54,118 nucleotides of DNA, filler included, from Jimgerdemannia flammicorona (GCA_003990765.1; 3 parts of 3 records of this genome joined end to end with filler, not necessarily neighbours in it); one strand, 5' to 3'; shown: positions 25,001 through 39,321, numbered from the whole stretch's first letter. The notes: a model not told the origin generated them from the sequence alone. Numbers and translations: made by a program.

Positions 25001-28000
25001 CAGTAACCATTTCACAGGTCAAAGGAGCTCATGAATTGTGGGTTGGTAAGTCTATCAAATATTTCATTGATTCTTGGTAGTGGGCAACAGTTCTTGATGG
25101 TCTGTTCATTGAGATCACAGTAGTCAATGTACATTCACAAGTTTCCTCCTTTCTTGACAACAAATAGGACTGGTGCACCATAAGGTAATATGCTGGGTCT
25201 GATGAATCCTTGTTCTAGGAGTTCATCAATTTCTTTCTTGAGTGCATCGATTTCTCTTGGAGACATGTGGTAGATTGACTTGAAGGCTGGTTTGGCATCT
25301 GGGATAGTCTTGATGGCATGGTCTACTGCTTATTTAGGAGGTAGGCCTTTCGGGAGCTTCTTTGGGAATATGTCTCGAAATTTCTGAAGTAGTGGTCTGA
25401 CATGGCTGTCAACTTTGGAAAAATCTTCTTCAGAGTTCTTGGGTTCTCCTTTGGATGGACGGATGGAGATGGCGAAGAGAGGGTATTTCTTGGCCAATTT
25501 CTTAAGTTGTAGCTTGTTGATGTGGGTGATCTTTGGTCCAGGGTCACTAGAATTAAGTGGGTCCTTTTTGCCTTATAGTTTGAAGTTGTGGCATCCTTTC
25601 TTGATGGTCAGAGAATGGTTTACCCAATTGATCATAGGGTTCTCTTGTTTTTACCATAGAGTCTCAAGGATGATTTCATTATCAGGAAGTGGTACAAATT
25701 GGAGAGTAACATGTACTTGGTAGTCTCCAATTCAGAAGGGTAGGTTGTGGACTTCCTTGTTAATAACATGTGAGGTTCCATCAGCTGTGGTGACTACTTA
25801 AGTTTGTTGTACTGGAGAGGTGAAGACCTTAAGTCTATTGGCTGTCTCTTCATTGATGAAGTTGCCTGAGGCACCACTGTCTATCATAATCTTGACAGGT
25901 ACTTAGTTGACAAAAGCTTTAAGTATAAGCAGTTTGTCTGATCCAATGGTGGTGATTTCAGTTATAGGAGCTTTCCTTCTGTTGGTTCTTCTTTGTGCCA
26001 GTTCATTGAAATAAGAGAAACAATCATCAATCATTCGGGAAGAGTACATTCCAATGCCATGAGGGCATCAGCTACTTAGTACATATCCATCTTCAATCTT
26101 CTTGTAGAATTGTTCTTCTTTGCTCATGGTAGGTTGGGCTAGGGCCTTGTTTGATGAGCCAAATCCTTTGGATCCTCAGATGGTAGGTAGTAGTTCAGGG
26201 ACTTCCTTGACTATCAGGGTTGACTCAATTTTTTTGAATAGAATCTAGACAATGCAGAAACCTATAGAGATCTTGAAGGGTGTCTAACTGTGGTTTCGAA
26301 TGAGGATAATGATTTCGCCTGTGTAATCTTCGTCGATAACTCCTCCTTCTACTGAGAGTCCTTTCAATACTAGGCTGCTGCGACAGCATATTCTTCCAAC
26401 ATGTCCTTCAGGGATTTGGATGCTGATTTCTTTGTAGACTTGTTTGACTTCTCAGTTGGAAACTGTAGCTTCTTCAGCTGCATATAGGTCATATCCAGCT
26501 GCTTTTTGACTTCCTTTGGTTGGGGCCTTAGCAGTTTGTCTTAACTTGACAAAGTCTAATGTTCTGGTGGTCAGGTTATTGAGGTGGTGCAGAGTGGTAA
26601 CAGTTGCTCATGTTGCTGTTTGGGGTTTTCGGTTAGGGCAGGCACTGGCCATGTATCCTGTCTTTTGGCAATAGAAGCATACTCCACTTCTTCAAAGTTC
26701 ATTCCTTTTGCCTTCAGTGAGTTTTTTGAAGGTGCTTGGCTGAGTGGGTTCATAATTTCTAGGTATCCAAGAGGTGGATGTGGAGGGAGCTTGGGATGCT
26801 TCATGCTTGGGTTCTTCTTTCTTGGTCCAAGTCTTTTCCTTATTGTTGAATTGTCTTTGGGGCAGAATTGGTCCAGCTGTTAGGATTCACTTGACCATAG
26901 TCTTGATTCTTGCCAGGCATCATTATTGGTGATCACAACCAACTGGGTGGCCTTGTTCTTGGATTTTTCTAGTAAGCCATTCAGGTAGTGTATCGAATAA
27001 ATGGTCTGCTCTTGTACCATTTCATGCTTTGTCATTGGCAATGTATCCTAGGCCAACAGTGTTCAGGAGTGACTTGAGTTTGTACAGAAGGTTTCAAATT
27101 CTTCTTTACCATATATGTATATCGAATTTGAGGTTGCAGAGTTTTACTCGGGATTTAGCAATTATGGTTTTGCTGCAGTATTGAGCAATCATAAGTTGTT
27201 TGAGTCCAGGGGCTGCAGGATGGGCTCCATATCCTGGGGCATTGTTTGCTGTATTCTGAGCAACTACTGCAGATCGGGTATCCCATGTGAGGTGTTTTTC
27301 AGGAAGGGTTCACCACCATTCTTCGGCAGGTCCTTGGAAGAATGTAACAACTCGGCAGACATAGGCTATAGTGGTAGCAAAGAGTTGTTCCAGAGTGTGG
27401 TCTTGATTATTTGTCAGAACATGGTCAGCAACTCGCTCATTGGTTCATTGATTGGCTTTGAAGTTGGTGTCAACTACACTAATGAAGCTTTGGACTTCTT
27501 ATGCCATACCATTAAAGGTAGGTAGGCTCAGATTTTTGGTAGGTCGGGTCTGTTCAGCTAAGGCAGTAATGGTTGCTGCCATTATAGCTACTTGGGCTAT
27601 AAGGTCTAGAATCTGTTGGTTTGCCATGTTGTTTACTGGAGGTGGTTGGACTGCTGGCAGTAGTTTTACTGATACTACTTGAGATACTGGTGCAGAGTGT
27701 GATGGGGTTCTTTGGGTCTGTATAAGTTGCTAGAGTAGTAGTTGTAGATCTGGAGTAAGGGCTTGATAGATAGCTATTTGTTACTGTATAGGTATATTCT
27801 GTCCTGATGGAAGTGCATCTCCTTTGGTGGTGTATGTATCTGGGATTGAATTTACTAAGATACTCCTCCTCTTCTTCAGTTTGGTCCCCATGTAATTAGG
27901 TTTTCTCGGTGTCAAAGTAGATAGAATCAGTTGTATATCTGATTTCAGATGGACTTAATTCAAAGTTAAGTTCAGGTTTGGTATTGGTTTCAGATTCAGA

Positions 28001-28593
28001 TAGGGCTGTAGCAGGGCCTTCTTCAGGTTCAGGGTCAGGTAGTTGATGAAGGGTTTCTCTTGCTTCTTCTTTAAGAATATGGCAGATCTTGCTATTCTGG
28101 AATCGATAGTATAACATGGTCTTGGTCCTGGTACAGTGAAAGTCAGTAGAGTTGAGCCACTTGGCTACAGAGGCCTGGGCTTCATGAGGAACTATGGCTA
28201 GAAAGACTGCTGCTGGTTGTCCTAGATCACTCGGATTTGTGGAGCTGACAAAACTCTTGTTGAGAAGAGTAAAGAAGGCTTCAATAAGACCTTCTTCATC
28301 TTGACTTGCTGGGTATAGTACAAGGAGTTTGGTGAATAGGGTTTTGCCTATTTGCTGATTTAGTTGGAGTACTTCTTTTTTTGAGTGAAGTTTGTCCCAC
28401 TTGTTATAGGTGTAGAGGTCAAATTGTCCTTATACATTAGGTTCAATTCTCTCCAGATTGTTAGATGGTTCAGGATAAATTCCAGTTCAGGGGTTGGGCT
28501 TTATACCAACTTGTAGGAATTCTCAGAAGGGTTTATAGTGGGGTGAGAAAGCATCTTGAAGCGGAATTGGATTGTAAACCACTGCTACCAAGT
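22080..28593 (-). mobile_element. Gypsy family A internal region, copy 1 (chromovirus-type; gag-ZnK-dUTPase-PR-RT-RH-IN-chromodomain), pseudogenised
   Basis: Zn knuckle CFYCQKTGYMASAC (~26640-26685); dUTPase AAGYDLY..RSSL..GGVIDEDYTG..GSKGFGSS (26155-26560); protease IDSGASGNF (~25860-25890); RT VYIDDI (~24825); integrase GPFE; chromodomain EEYKVEQIL..YLVKWKDY..TWEP (22505-22680). Confidence 0.92.
28579..28590 (-). promoter_or_regulatory. Primer-binding site of family A, initiator tRNA-Met-like
   Basis: rc TGGTAGCAGTGG lies 3 nt inside the LTR boundary; TGGTAGCAG matches the iMet tRNA 3' complement. Confidence 0.7.
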
Positions 28594-30824
28594 TGTAGGA
28601 GGTTTGCTTTTTTAGGTAACCATTACGTAGTTCTGGAAGGGTTTTCTGGAAGTTCTAGATATTCTGGAAGACTGTTTTCTTATGGTCAAGATCAATTTCA
28701 TATGGAGTATGTCCTCTATGCTTATTGATTTCAAGTTTGGGTTGACATCTCAACCAAAGTCCTTTTTCGGACTAGTTCTGGATGTTCAGGATTTTCCATA
28801 TTTCAGGAAGTTCAAGAAACTAAGACCAGCTTAGTTGAATTGGCATATCGCTGTAGACGATACCCAATTAAGAAATTTCATAATGGGGTTAGGAGTGGGA
28901 CCTAACGGGGAGCGGATTAACTTAAGAGTGGTTTGTGGGTTATTAAATAGATTTATTCATTATTCATGATATTGTTATACTAGGAGTTGGTTGTGTGAAG
29001 GGATATTATGGAAAAGTACTTAGGAGTTGTGTTCAGATTGTTCAAGTGTTCAAGTCTGAGATTCTGAGATCTGGGGAAGGGGGTATTTATACTAGTGAGG
29101 GGCTATCTGGACTATACTGAATATGGATATAGCACTAAGTGCCTTACTGAGTTGGAATACAGTCACATAGTACAAGTGTGATCTGATATATCAAGAGATT
29201 GTCTGACTGCTGAGTCAGTTCACAGTCACGTTGTACAAGGCTAATCTAACTATACTATGACTGTTAGGCTATTTATAGGTTTAGGCACTGTCTGGATAGT
29301 CCTCAATGACATTACTATTAATTGCATCATCTCTGATGAAGTAATCATCTAGGAAGAGTGGTTCGCAGATTACTTCTCCTTATTTGCTGAGGTAATAATA
29401 CATTGGAACTTCGTCTCTATCTCACAAGATGGTATCATCTGTCTCATATGCTGGATAAGATGTTGGTGGATAAAGGAGCAGTACATTGTCTTCACTTTTA
29501 TTGGTTTCGCTATCCACATATCTTCTATAGATTACAGCACTATGAGTCATGGAGTTGTAGTAAGCTGACAGCTGTGGTTTATGTTGCTCGTACTCAGGTG
29601 GTGGAGTGGTTGGTTCAATCTCAAGAGTTGTCTGGAGGTACAGGTTATGTTCTCCAGTCTCTTCATTATAGTTGAAGTAATCAGGAGTGAATACGGGTTA
29701 GTATTCATGCCAGTGGTCATTGTCCCAATAGTCTCGTATGTGGTTATGAACTGTTGTAAGTTTATCGGCAAGATTGGTGGTATAATTAGTATTGGTAGGG
29801 ATCCTTGGCTTGGGGTCATATTAGTGTCAGAGGGATCATTGTCTTCTGCTTCATCTTCATCGAACTGGATTATATCATAAATATCCTTCATAGTATATCT
29901 AACTTGGGTATTTACAAGATGTGGTTATTGGGGTATGGGAAGGTTCTGTCTGTAGTTTCAACGTACTCGAGATACTTGTGGTTGATTTCTTATATCATGT
30001 CATCGATTTGGCTGTAGGACAGGGTAGCAACCATTTCACTAGTAGTAACTCAGAGTCAGGAAATAAAGGTGCTATACTCATAGAAGAGTTCTCAGTATTT
30101 GCAGGTGATGAGCTTCTGGTGTTGGGACATCTGGGTAATGTCTGTATCATGGTGATGTTCAACCATATCTTCCAGGAGACAGCCAATCTGATAGTAGCTT
30201 GAGATTTGTCCAATCTGGTGGGCCTTGTTAAGCATGTTTAGGGCATTCCATCGGGCTTCCACGAAGTAAAGGGATGCTAGGCTATGGATATTCATCAGGG
30301 GTAAAGGGGGTGTGGCTCAGTTGACAATGGCATTCCAAATGTCAGCACAGATTCAGTTATAGATCTTGGTGGTCATGTTTGTGTATTGGAAGTTGTAGTT
30401 TGTTATTTGTTTTGGTTCTCTGTTTTGACGCATCTCGGTGCTTGGTATATATGTATTTGGTCCTGATTGGTAAGATTCTGTTTATGTGAATCTTGTATTC
30501 TGTGACTTTGTATTGACTCAGCTTTGTGCACTGTGACTTCAGTTTGACTCAGCTTCATGATCAAGTAGGTGGTTTCCAGATTTGTTCAGAGGTCATGTGT
30601 GATTTCAGTAGCTTGTTCAGAGGGTGATATGTGATTTTGGTGGCTTGGAGGTTGTGTGCTTATAACTTCATATTGACTCAGCTTTGTATGCTGTGACTTT
30701 AGTTTAACTCAGCTTTATGATCAAGCAGATAATTTCTAGATTTATTTAGCTATCACATGTGATTTCGGTGGCTTGTTCAGAGAGTGACATGTGATTTCTG
30801 TGGCTTGGAGATTATGTGCTTACA
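28594..30824 (-). repeat. Family A shared central LTR (2231 bp): 5' LTR of copy 1 and 3' LTR of copy 2
   Basis: PBS on its left, PPT (rc AAGAAGGAGAGAGT) on its right. Contains the U3 ORF at 29281-30376 and a ~155-bp duplication near 30510-30820. Confidence 0.9.
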
Positions 30825-33800
30825 ACTCTCTCCTTCTTAGCTTTCAACATCCTCATCAGGGCCTTCTAATTTATTCTAGTATTGTTATACCATTTGGGAG
30901 GTCAAAAGTCTGATGAAGTCCATTTTTCTCAGAAAGTGGTATGCTTGTAGTACAGTTGCCTAACGTATTAGATTCATATGTTAAAGGATCATATGTTCGA
31001 TGCCATATACTAGAAGTGATTCTGATATCATTTACTGCTAGAGAATTTCCTCTAAAGAATCTTCTTAAATATCTATACCTCATTTCCCACCAGTGGTATG
31101 GAGAGAATAGGCTTGCTTTCAGTTTTGCTATTTTTTCAGAGGATCAGTATTCTTTGTCTTGTCTTGCTGAGTTCTTGATTTTGTTTGTAATAATTATAAT
31201 GTTTGGAAGGATAATATATAGTATATACTGGTAGATGCAGAGTATTTGGTTTTAGTTGTTTAAGGAATCATATTCCTAAACTAAGTCAGTAGCATTCTGG
31301 AGATTGGTCTTGGATTCTCAGGTTGCATCATGGATTGGGTAACCTTTCTATTTGACAAGGTACTCAGGGTGATTCTTGTGGCTATGTTTGTTGAGGACTT
31401 GTTCAACTTCATATTCTTCTTAGTCATTAATAATGACAGGTACAGGTGGTTCTGTAGTTTGGTTTGGGAATAGCTCCTCATCATTCTCATTATATCACTT
31501 GAGACATTGAACATTAAAGACTAGGTGAATCCTAATAGTATCTAGTAGTGCCAATTTATAGGAGATCGAGGAGACCTGTGCAATGACTTCAAATGGTCCA
31601 ATAAACTTACTATTCAGCTTTGTAGATGATCTGTGCTTGAGGTTGTCAACTTAGTATCCTTGGATGTCTAGTAGAACTTTTTCTCTAATATCAAAGATTT
31701 CTTCTCAGCAGTATTGGTTAACATACTGTAACTATTATTCTTGAGCTTGTGATAAATTCTCGATTGTGATCTGGCTTAGATTATGCATTCAGAGCAGGAA
31801 TTCTTCAACAGCTTCGACTGTGGAGGGTTCATCAGTAGTTCAGATAAGTATCAGAGAGGTGTTTGGGTTTTGTCCAGTATTAGTAAAGAATGGGGTCATT
31901 CCAAGAGAGGCTTGCTTGCTGTTGTTGTAGGCAAACTCAACTATAGTAAGGTATTCATGCCAATCATCTTGTCTGTAGAAAACATAGTTCCTTAGTATTT
32001 GTTTCAGAGTTCAGTTCATTCTTTCAGTTTGGCCATCAGTTTTGGGGTGAAAGGCTGTGGATAGTGCAAGTTTTGTTCCAAGGTATGCATGAAGGACTTT
32101 CTAAAAATGGCTGGTGAATTTTGGATCTCAGTTATTAACAATAATTTTAGGAAGACTGTGATAGTGGAAGATGTTGTCAAACAAGAGTGTAGCTATGTCT
32201 AGTACTGTTGCAGTAGTGGTAGTTGGCATGAAGTGGGCTTATTTGCTGAGATAGTCCACAAAGATAACAATTACATCTTTTCTATTCCTAGTTCAGGATA
32301 GTTATATAATAAAGTCTATAGAGATTTGTTCCCAATTAGCAGATGGTACTGGGATTGGATGGAGTAGGCCAGGTTTTGCTAGTGTTGAGGACTTGTTTCA
32401 TTGGTAGTCATCACAGGAAGTGATATAGGTCTTTAGCTGATCTGCCATACAGGGCCAATAGAAGTTTTGGGAGATAATTTCATAGCATTTATCAAATCCT
32501 AAATGTCCAGCTGTAGGGGCATCATGACATTCAAATAGGATAGTCCTTTGGAGGTCTCAGTTGTTTGGAACATACAGTCTGTTCTTGTAGTAGATAGCAT
32601 TGTTCTTCAGTTAGTATTGGTGGTATTGGATATACTTGTCAGCATTATCACTGCTTAGGATTTCTTAGAGTGCTTGAGCTTCCTTATCATTAGTACATAC
32701 TGTGATAATTTGTTCTATGATAGTGTTGGTAACCAAGGTAAGAGTTTGGATAACTTCTTCAATGGATGGTCCAGAGATTACATCAGTAATAATGTTTTCC
32801 TTGCCAGGATAATACTGAATTTTGTAGTCAAAGTTGGTGAGGACTTTCATCCATCTGGCTTGCTTTTGAGAAAGAGTAGTCTGTATCTTGATGTTGACTA
32901 ATGACTTGTGGTCAGTCAATACAGTGAAGTGTGCTCCTTTTAGGTATGGTCACTATTTGATCAGAGTGTCTACAATGACTAGTATTTTCTTCTCGTGGAT
33001 TGTATAGTTGATTTCAGCATCATTGAATTTATGGGAGTGATAGGCAACTGGGTGTCCTTCTTGCATGAGTACTGCTCCAAGGGCTAGGTCAGAGGCATCA
33101 ATAGTAATTTTATATAGTAGGGCAGAGTTTGCCACTTGAAGTACTGGAGTAGTTATCAAGGCATCTTTCAATACTTGAAAGGCTGTATCTTATTCAGATC
33201 TCCAATTTACAAGATTGTTGAAGTCTTTCTCTTGTTTCATGGTCTAGGGTTATTCTTCTTTCTTGCTGTGCTTGGTTATTTGAGTAAGGGCAGTAGTAAT
33301 TTTGACGAAGTTGGCAACAAATCACCTGTAATAGTTTGCTAATCTCAGGAATGACTGTAGGTTTTTCAGCTTCTTAGGTCTGGGCCAATCTTTAATTGTG
33401 GAGATTTTGCTAGGGTCCACTTTGATTCTATTTGGAGTGACAATGTGTCCAAGAAATTGGATTTCTTTCAGGAGAAATTCACATTTGCTGAGTTTTGCAA
33501 AGAGTTGGTTTTCTTGAAGTTTCAGTAGTACTAGTTCAAGATGTTCCAGATATTCTTCCAGGGTTTTGCTGAAGACTAGAATATCGTCAATATAGATAAC
33601 TACAAATTTATCCAGGTATAGGTGCAGGATAGTATTCATCAGGGTCTGAAAGATTGTTGGGGTATTAGTTAAGCCAAAAGACATAATTAGGAACTTGAAG
33701 TGTCCATAGTGGGTTTGGAAGGCTGTCTTGTAGATGTCTTCTTCTTTCATAGCAATTTGCTAATAACCATTTCATAGATCAAAAGAGCTCATGAATTGCA

Positions 33801-36040
33801 GGTTGGTAAGCCTATCGAATATTTCATCAATTCTGGGTAGTGGGCAACAGTTCTTGATGGTCTGTTCATTGAGATCTTGGTAATCGATATATATTTGCAG
33901 ATCTTCTTCTTTTTTGACAATAAAGAGGACTGGTGCACCATAGAGTGATATACTGGGTCTGATGAATCCTTGTTCTAAGAGCTCATCAATTTCTTTCTTG
34001 AGTGCATCAATTTCTCTCAGAGACATGTGGTAGATTGACTTGAAGGCTTGCCTTGTATCTGGGATAGTCTTGATGGTATAGTCTACTGCTCATTTAGGAG
34101 GTAGGCCTTTCGGAAGCTTCTTTGGAAATATGGCTCGAAATTTCTGGAGTAGTGGTCTGACATGGCTATCAACTTTGGAAAAGTCTTCTGCAGAGTTCTC
34201 GGGTTCTCCTTTGGATAGATGGATGGAGATGGCAAAGAGAGGACATTTCTTGGCCAGTTTCTTGAGTTGTAGCTTATTGATATGAGTGATCTTTGGTCCA
34301 GGGTCACTAGAGTTGAGTGGGTCCTTTTTATCTTGCAGTTTGAAGTTGTGGTGTCCTTTCTTGATGGTTAGAGAATGGTTTATCCAATTGATTATGGGGT
34401 TTTCTTATTTCAACCATAGGGTTCCAAGAATGATCTCATTATCAGGTAGTGGTATGATCTGGAGGGTAATATGTACTTAGTAGTCACTAATTTGGAAGGG
34501 CAGATTGTGGACTTCCTTGCTAATAATATATGAGGTTCCATCAGTTATAACAACTGCTTGAGTTTGTTGTACTGGAGAGGTAAAGACCTTGAGTCTGTTG
34601 GCTGTTTCTTTATTGATAAAGTTGCCTGAGGTACTACTGTTTATTATAATCTTGACAAGTGCTCAATTGACAAAAGCTTGAAGTGTAAGCTGTTTGTCTG
34701 ATCCAATAGTGGTGATTTCAATTGTAGGGGCTTTCCTTCTATTAGTTCTTCTTTGAGCCAGTTCATTGATACAAGAGAAGCAATCATCAATTATTCAGGA
34801 AGAGTACATTCCAATGCCATGGGGGCATCAGCCACTTAGTATATATCCATCTTCAATTTTCTTATAAATTGTTCTTCTTTGTTCATAGTAGGTTGGGCTG
34901 GAGCCTTGTTTAATAAGCCAAATCTTTTAGATCCTTGGATGGTGGGCAGTAGTTCAGAGACTTCCTTGACTGTCAGAGTTGATTTGATTTTTTTGAATAG
35001 GATCTGGGCAATGCAGAAACCAATGGAGATCTTGAAGGATGTCTAACTATGGTTTCAGATGAGGACAATAATTTCACCTATATAATCTTTATTAATGACT
35101 CCTCCTTCTACTGAGAGTCCTTTCAATGCTAGGCTGCTGTGACAGCATATTCTTCCAATATATCTTTCAGGGATTTGTATGCTGATTTCTGTGTAGATTT
35201 ATTTGACTTCTCAGTTGGAAACTGTAGCTTCTTCAGCTGCATACAGGTCATATCTAGCTACCTTTTGACTTCCTTTGGTTGGGGCCTTGGCAGTTTGCCT
35301 TAACTTGACAAAGTCCAGTGTTCTGGTAGTCAGAATATTGAGGTGGTGTAGAGTAGTAACAGTTGCTCATATTGCTGTTCAGGGTTTTCAGTTGGGGCAG
35401 GCACTGGCCATGTATCCTGTCTTTCAGCAATAGAAGCATACTCCACTTCTTTGAAGTTCATTTCTTTCTCCTTCAGTGAGTTTCTTGAAGGTACTCAGCT
35501 GGGTGGGTTCCTGATTTCTGGATATCCATGAGGTGGATGTAGAGGGAGCTTGGGATGCTTCATGCTTGAGTTTTTCTTTCTTAGTCCAAGTCTTTTCCTT
35601 GTTGTTAAATTGTCTTCGAAGCAGAATTGGTCTAGCTGTTAAGATTCACTTGACCATAGTCTTGATTCTTGCTAGGCATCATTGTTGGTGATCACAATCA
35701 ACTGGGTGGCCTTGTTCTCAGATTTTTCTAGTAAGCCATTCAGGCAGGGCATCAAATAAATGATCTGCTCTTATATCATTTTGTACTTTATCAATGGCAA
35801 TATATCCTAGGCCAATGGTGTTCAGAAGTGACTCAAGTTTTGTATAGAAGGTTTCAAATTCTTCCTTGCCATGTATATCAAATTTGAGGTTGTGGAGTTT
35901 TACTTGAGATTTAGTAATTATGGTTTCACTGCAGTATTGAGCAATCATGAGTTGTTTGAGTCCAGGGGCTGCAGGATGGGCTCTATATCCTGAGGCATTG
36001 TTTGCTACATTCTGAGTAACTACTGCAGGTCAAGTATCCC
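30825..36040 (-). mobile_element. Gypsy family A internal region, copy 2, truncated in gag by the gap
   Basis: Colinear with 22080-27280. RT ORF 33322-33750 (IYIDDI), RNase H 32953-33171, dUTPase ~34915-35320. Confidence 0.92.
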
Positions 36041-36049
36041 TTTTTTTTT

Positions 36050-36149
36050 NNNNNNNNNNNNNNNNNNNNNNNNNNNNNNNNNNNNNNNNNNNNTTAATTA
36101 ATTAANNNNNNNNNNNNNNNNNNNNNNNNNNNNNNNNNNNNNNNNNNNN
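36050..36149. other. Assembly gap with artificial TTAATTAATTAA linker
   Basis: 44 N + 12 nt + 44 N. Confidence 0.95.
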
Positions 36150-36159
36150 AAAAAAAAAA

Positions 36160-37247
36160 AAGGATACTGGAAGAATTTGATATCACTAGGATCTCAGAGT
36201 AGAAAGTTCAGGACCATGAGCTTCATCCTCATTATCACTGAAGGAGACAAGATCCATGAACATTTCATCTATCTTATCATGTAGGCCATGCAGTTCGCAT
36301 ATGTCACACAGGATGTTGTCATCACTGATGATATCATCATATTTGGCAGTAGTAGGGGCTCTCCAATCTATAACATTCTCTTCTACCAAATAAGGAACAA
36401 ATGTAGAGTCTTGGGAGATCTAACCTGGATGCTGGAGCCTTGGAATACTGAGAGCAATCTTTGCAGAAACTGCTCTGAGTTGTCCTAGAGGATGGGATAT
36501 CAGAACTCTTCTACCTCATCACTATTGAGAGTGATAGTAGACTGGGCTTCTGTAGCCACTATGACTTCTAGTACATTGATACAATAGGCTGACAGATCCC
36601 TGAAGTCTGAGACTCTAGTATACTCCAAGTTGGGAATTGATCATAGTATATGTCTGAAGATCTGATGAATCTTCTTAGCTATTCTTATTTCATATATATC
36701 CATAGAAGTGGTATCATATAGCTCTTGAGGACCAGCTTGAGGGAATTCCTAGCAGAGGAGATTTCCTATTTTATATTCTTGCAATATCTGGAGACATTTG
36801 GTAGTAATAGTGATTCTTGTTTCTATCTCACAGTGGTAGAGAATATAATGATAAGAGTCACCAGTACTCAAGTTGACACTAGGAGTTCTTGTGGTGCAGG
36901 TCCTTACAGCTCTTTGGATATCTTAGAACATTCTTTCCTAGACTGAGGGGCCTTAGTACTTCCTGGACCTTGAGATTTGGTGAGCAGTAGGTATTTTGTT
37001 TGTGGTAAGTCTTTTGAACTATTTCTGTGAACTTTGTTTGGATTGCTACTACTGCAGTTTCTTGATCCTTCTTTTATATTCCTCAAGATGTCTGTCTTGT
37101 GGTTACAATGACTCACAGTTGGTCATTATTGCTTATCTTGTAGTCTGGGTGAGTCATGCCATATAATCTTCTTGTACTCTAATCTGGTGACTTATAATGA
37201 AAGACTGTCTCCCATACTAATATCATTATTCTGAGGTCACTGTTACA
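36160..37247 (-). mobile_element. Probable LTR fragment of a fourth family carrying a decayed accessory ORF
   Basis: rc starts TGTAACA at 37247, at a sharp composition boundary. TGACTCA/TGAGTCA sites near 37110 and 37150. Translation LQILQEYKIGNLL..IRIAKKIHQIFR..IPNLEYTRVSDF resembles the family A and B accessory ORFs; acidic tail ORF at 36186-36389. Confidence 0.55.
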
Positions 37248-38359
37248 ATATATAAAAACTAAGAACTCTTTATAAATATAATATCTTTATTCTCTATCTC
37301 TAAGTCACTATTACTAAAATGATTATTACTCTGATCTATAGCCTAATTAGTAATATAATATAAAAACCCTTTCTGAAATATATTAGTAATATATAATAAA
37401 TAAGTATAATGATAAATAAGTTGGCTTTAAAGAAGCTAGGAAAGATAGACTTATATATTTTCAGTAAGAAGTACTAAGTAAGAGTATTGTAAGATAATAG
37501 AGTAGTTGGGAAGCTGAAGATAATTAGTAATATAGTATCAGTATCAGTATTAGTAGACCTGTTGCACTTGTTCTCAGAAATATCATATACATAGCTCATC
37601 CTCCTCTATTTCAACTATCTGCTCTCTCTTTATTATTTCTAATATCTCAAACTGAACCTTATATACTCCTTACCTTTATAATCTCCATAACTCTTCTTTT
37701 TTAAGTATTGGTCCTTACTATATAATTCTTTTTCTTCCAGATCTCAAGTATACTATCATCATAGATAGTACTTCCAAATGAATCAAATCAAATTAAGGAT
37801 TTTTCAATTCAAATTGAGTTTGAATTGAATTAAGTTCAATTGAATTGAGGTCTGATTTTAAATGATCAAATCAAATTGAGGGCTAATTTGATTTGAAATT
37901 TGAAATACAATAACTCAATGAAAATATGTCCAAATTAATGAATATTAGTATTTTGGATTTGTCTTGATAAGGTGAAAATACAATAAAGGTCATTAAATTT
38001 GGATATGTTTTCGAATTTCAAAAATTTTATTATTGAAATTTAAAGTTAATAGCTTATATCAATCTTTTATTTATTATTCAATATAATATATTCAGTACTT
38101 ATGATACTTGCCTGATACATTCTACTCATCAAATATATTTCACTTACCCAATATATTTCACTCACCTGATACTCAGTATCTAGCAGCATGTCTGACTGCA
38201 GCAATAGCTAACTGACAGAAATTGTAATTATGCCTTTTTCTCAAAAATAGATCAGAAGTCAATAGGTTCAACTTCTGGTAAATTTTAGAGAGGATACTGC
38301 AAGTCTTCCCATATTATCTGCAATTATTACAACTGATCCAAGGATGGCCTCTTGGCTTT

Positions 38360-38590
38360 GAGGTGGCTGGGACAACTGGGACTAGGAGAGCTGGAGCTGG
38401 GGAGGCTGGGGCAATAACTAGGGCCCGAATGATAACTGAGGCTAGGAAGATAACTGGGGTAATAACCAGGACTGAGGTGATAATCAGGACTAGAGGGGTG
38501 ACCAGAGTGGTGATTACAACTAAGGTGATAACTGGGGCTGGAGGGGTGACTGAGATAACTGGAAGGATCAGGATAATAGCTGAGATAAAT
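38360..38590. repeat. Degenerate ~18-bp minisatellite
   Basis: Units like GGTGATAACTGGGGCT recur; the spurious translation is SPSYHL-like hexapeptides. Confidence 0.55.
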
Positions 38591-39321
38591 CACTCAATTA
38601 TTTTATAAATTATTTTCTTCTTCTTTATATGTTCATCTTAAGTAGTATTAATTTCATCAGTGGTCACCCAAAAGGATATTTTGCCAATTACATGGTTCAT
38701 ATCTTTGAAATAATTTGAAAGGTAGTTGAGATGAGCTTAAATATATATTTTGTTTTGTTTTTATTAGATTTTTTTTTTTTTTATTTTATTTTTTTATTAT
38801 AGATGATAGCTTAGATAGCTTATTTATATATTTTTAATACCATACTAACAAGCAAACCCTGAGAGCTTCAAATATAGTACCAAGGGTATAAGCAAGCCAG
38901 AAGATGGTACTAAGAGCTATAGTGACACAACTAGAGCTTCAAATATAGCTGAGAGCCATGGTGATGTAATTAGTGAGTAAGCTCAAAGAGCTTTGAATAT
39001 GGCACCAAGAGTATAAGTAAGCCAGAAGATGGTACCAAGAGCTATAGTAATACAATTAATGAGCTAGCCCTAAGAACTTTGAATATAGTGGTATGTGTAT
39101 TTGAAATCATATTCAAATATTAAGATATATGAATATATTTATTTAGTATTATAAGATTAAACTATATTTTGAGATATTTTGACTATATTTGGAGATTTCA
39201 GAATTGGCCAGCTTATTGCCATACCTTTAAACATATATATTTACAAATTGTTTCAGAGTTTAAAGTGTCTCTTTTAGATACCACAAAATCTTTATCTCTT
39301 GAAAAAACTCTCTCTATAGAT

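Noticed and set aside
19176..35439. Many plus-strand hydrophobic ORFs over the Gypsy array
   Set aside because: Antisense shadows of the minus-strand coding sequence.
38327..38608. Ser/Pro/Tyr/His repeat ORF resembling the RNA Pol II CTD or an extensin
   Set aside because: Decayed minisatellite within a transposon; no YSPTSPS heptads and no gene structure.
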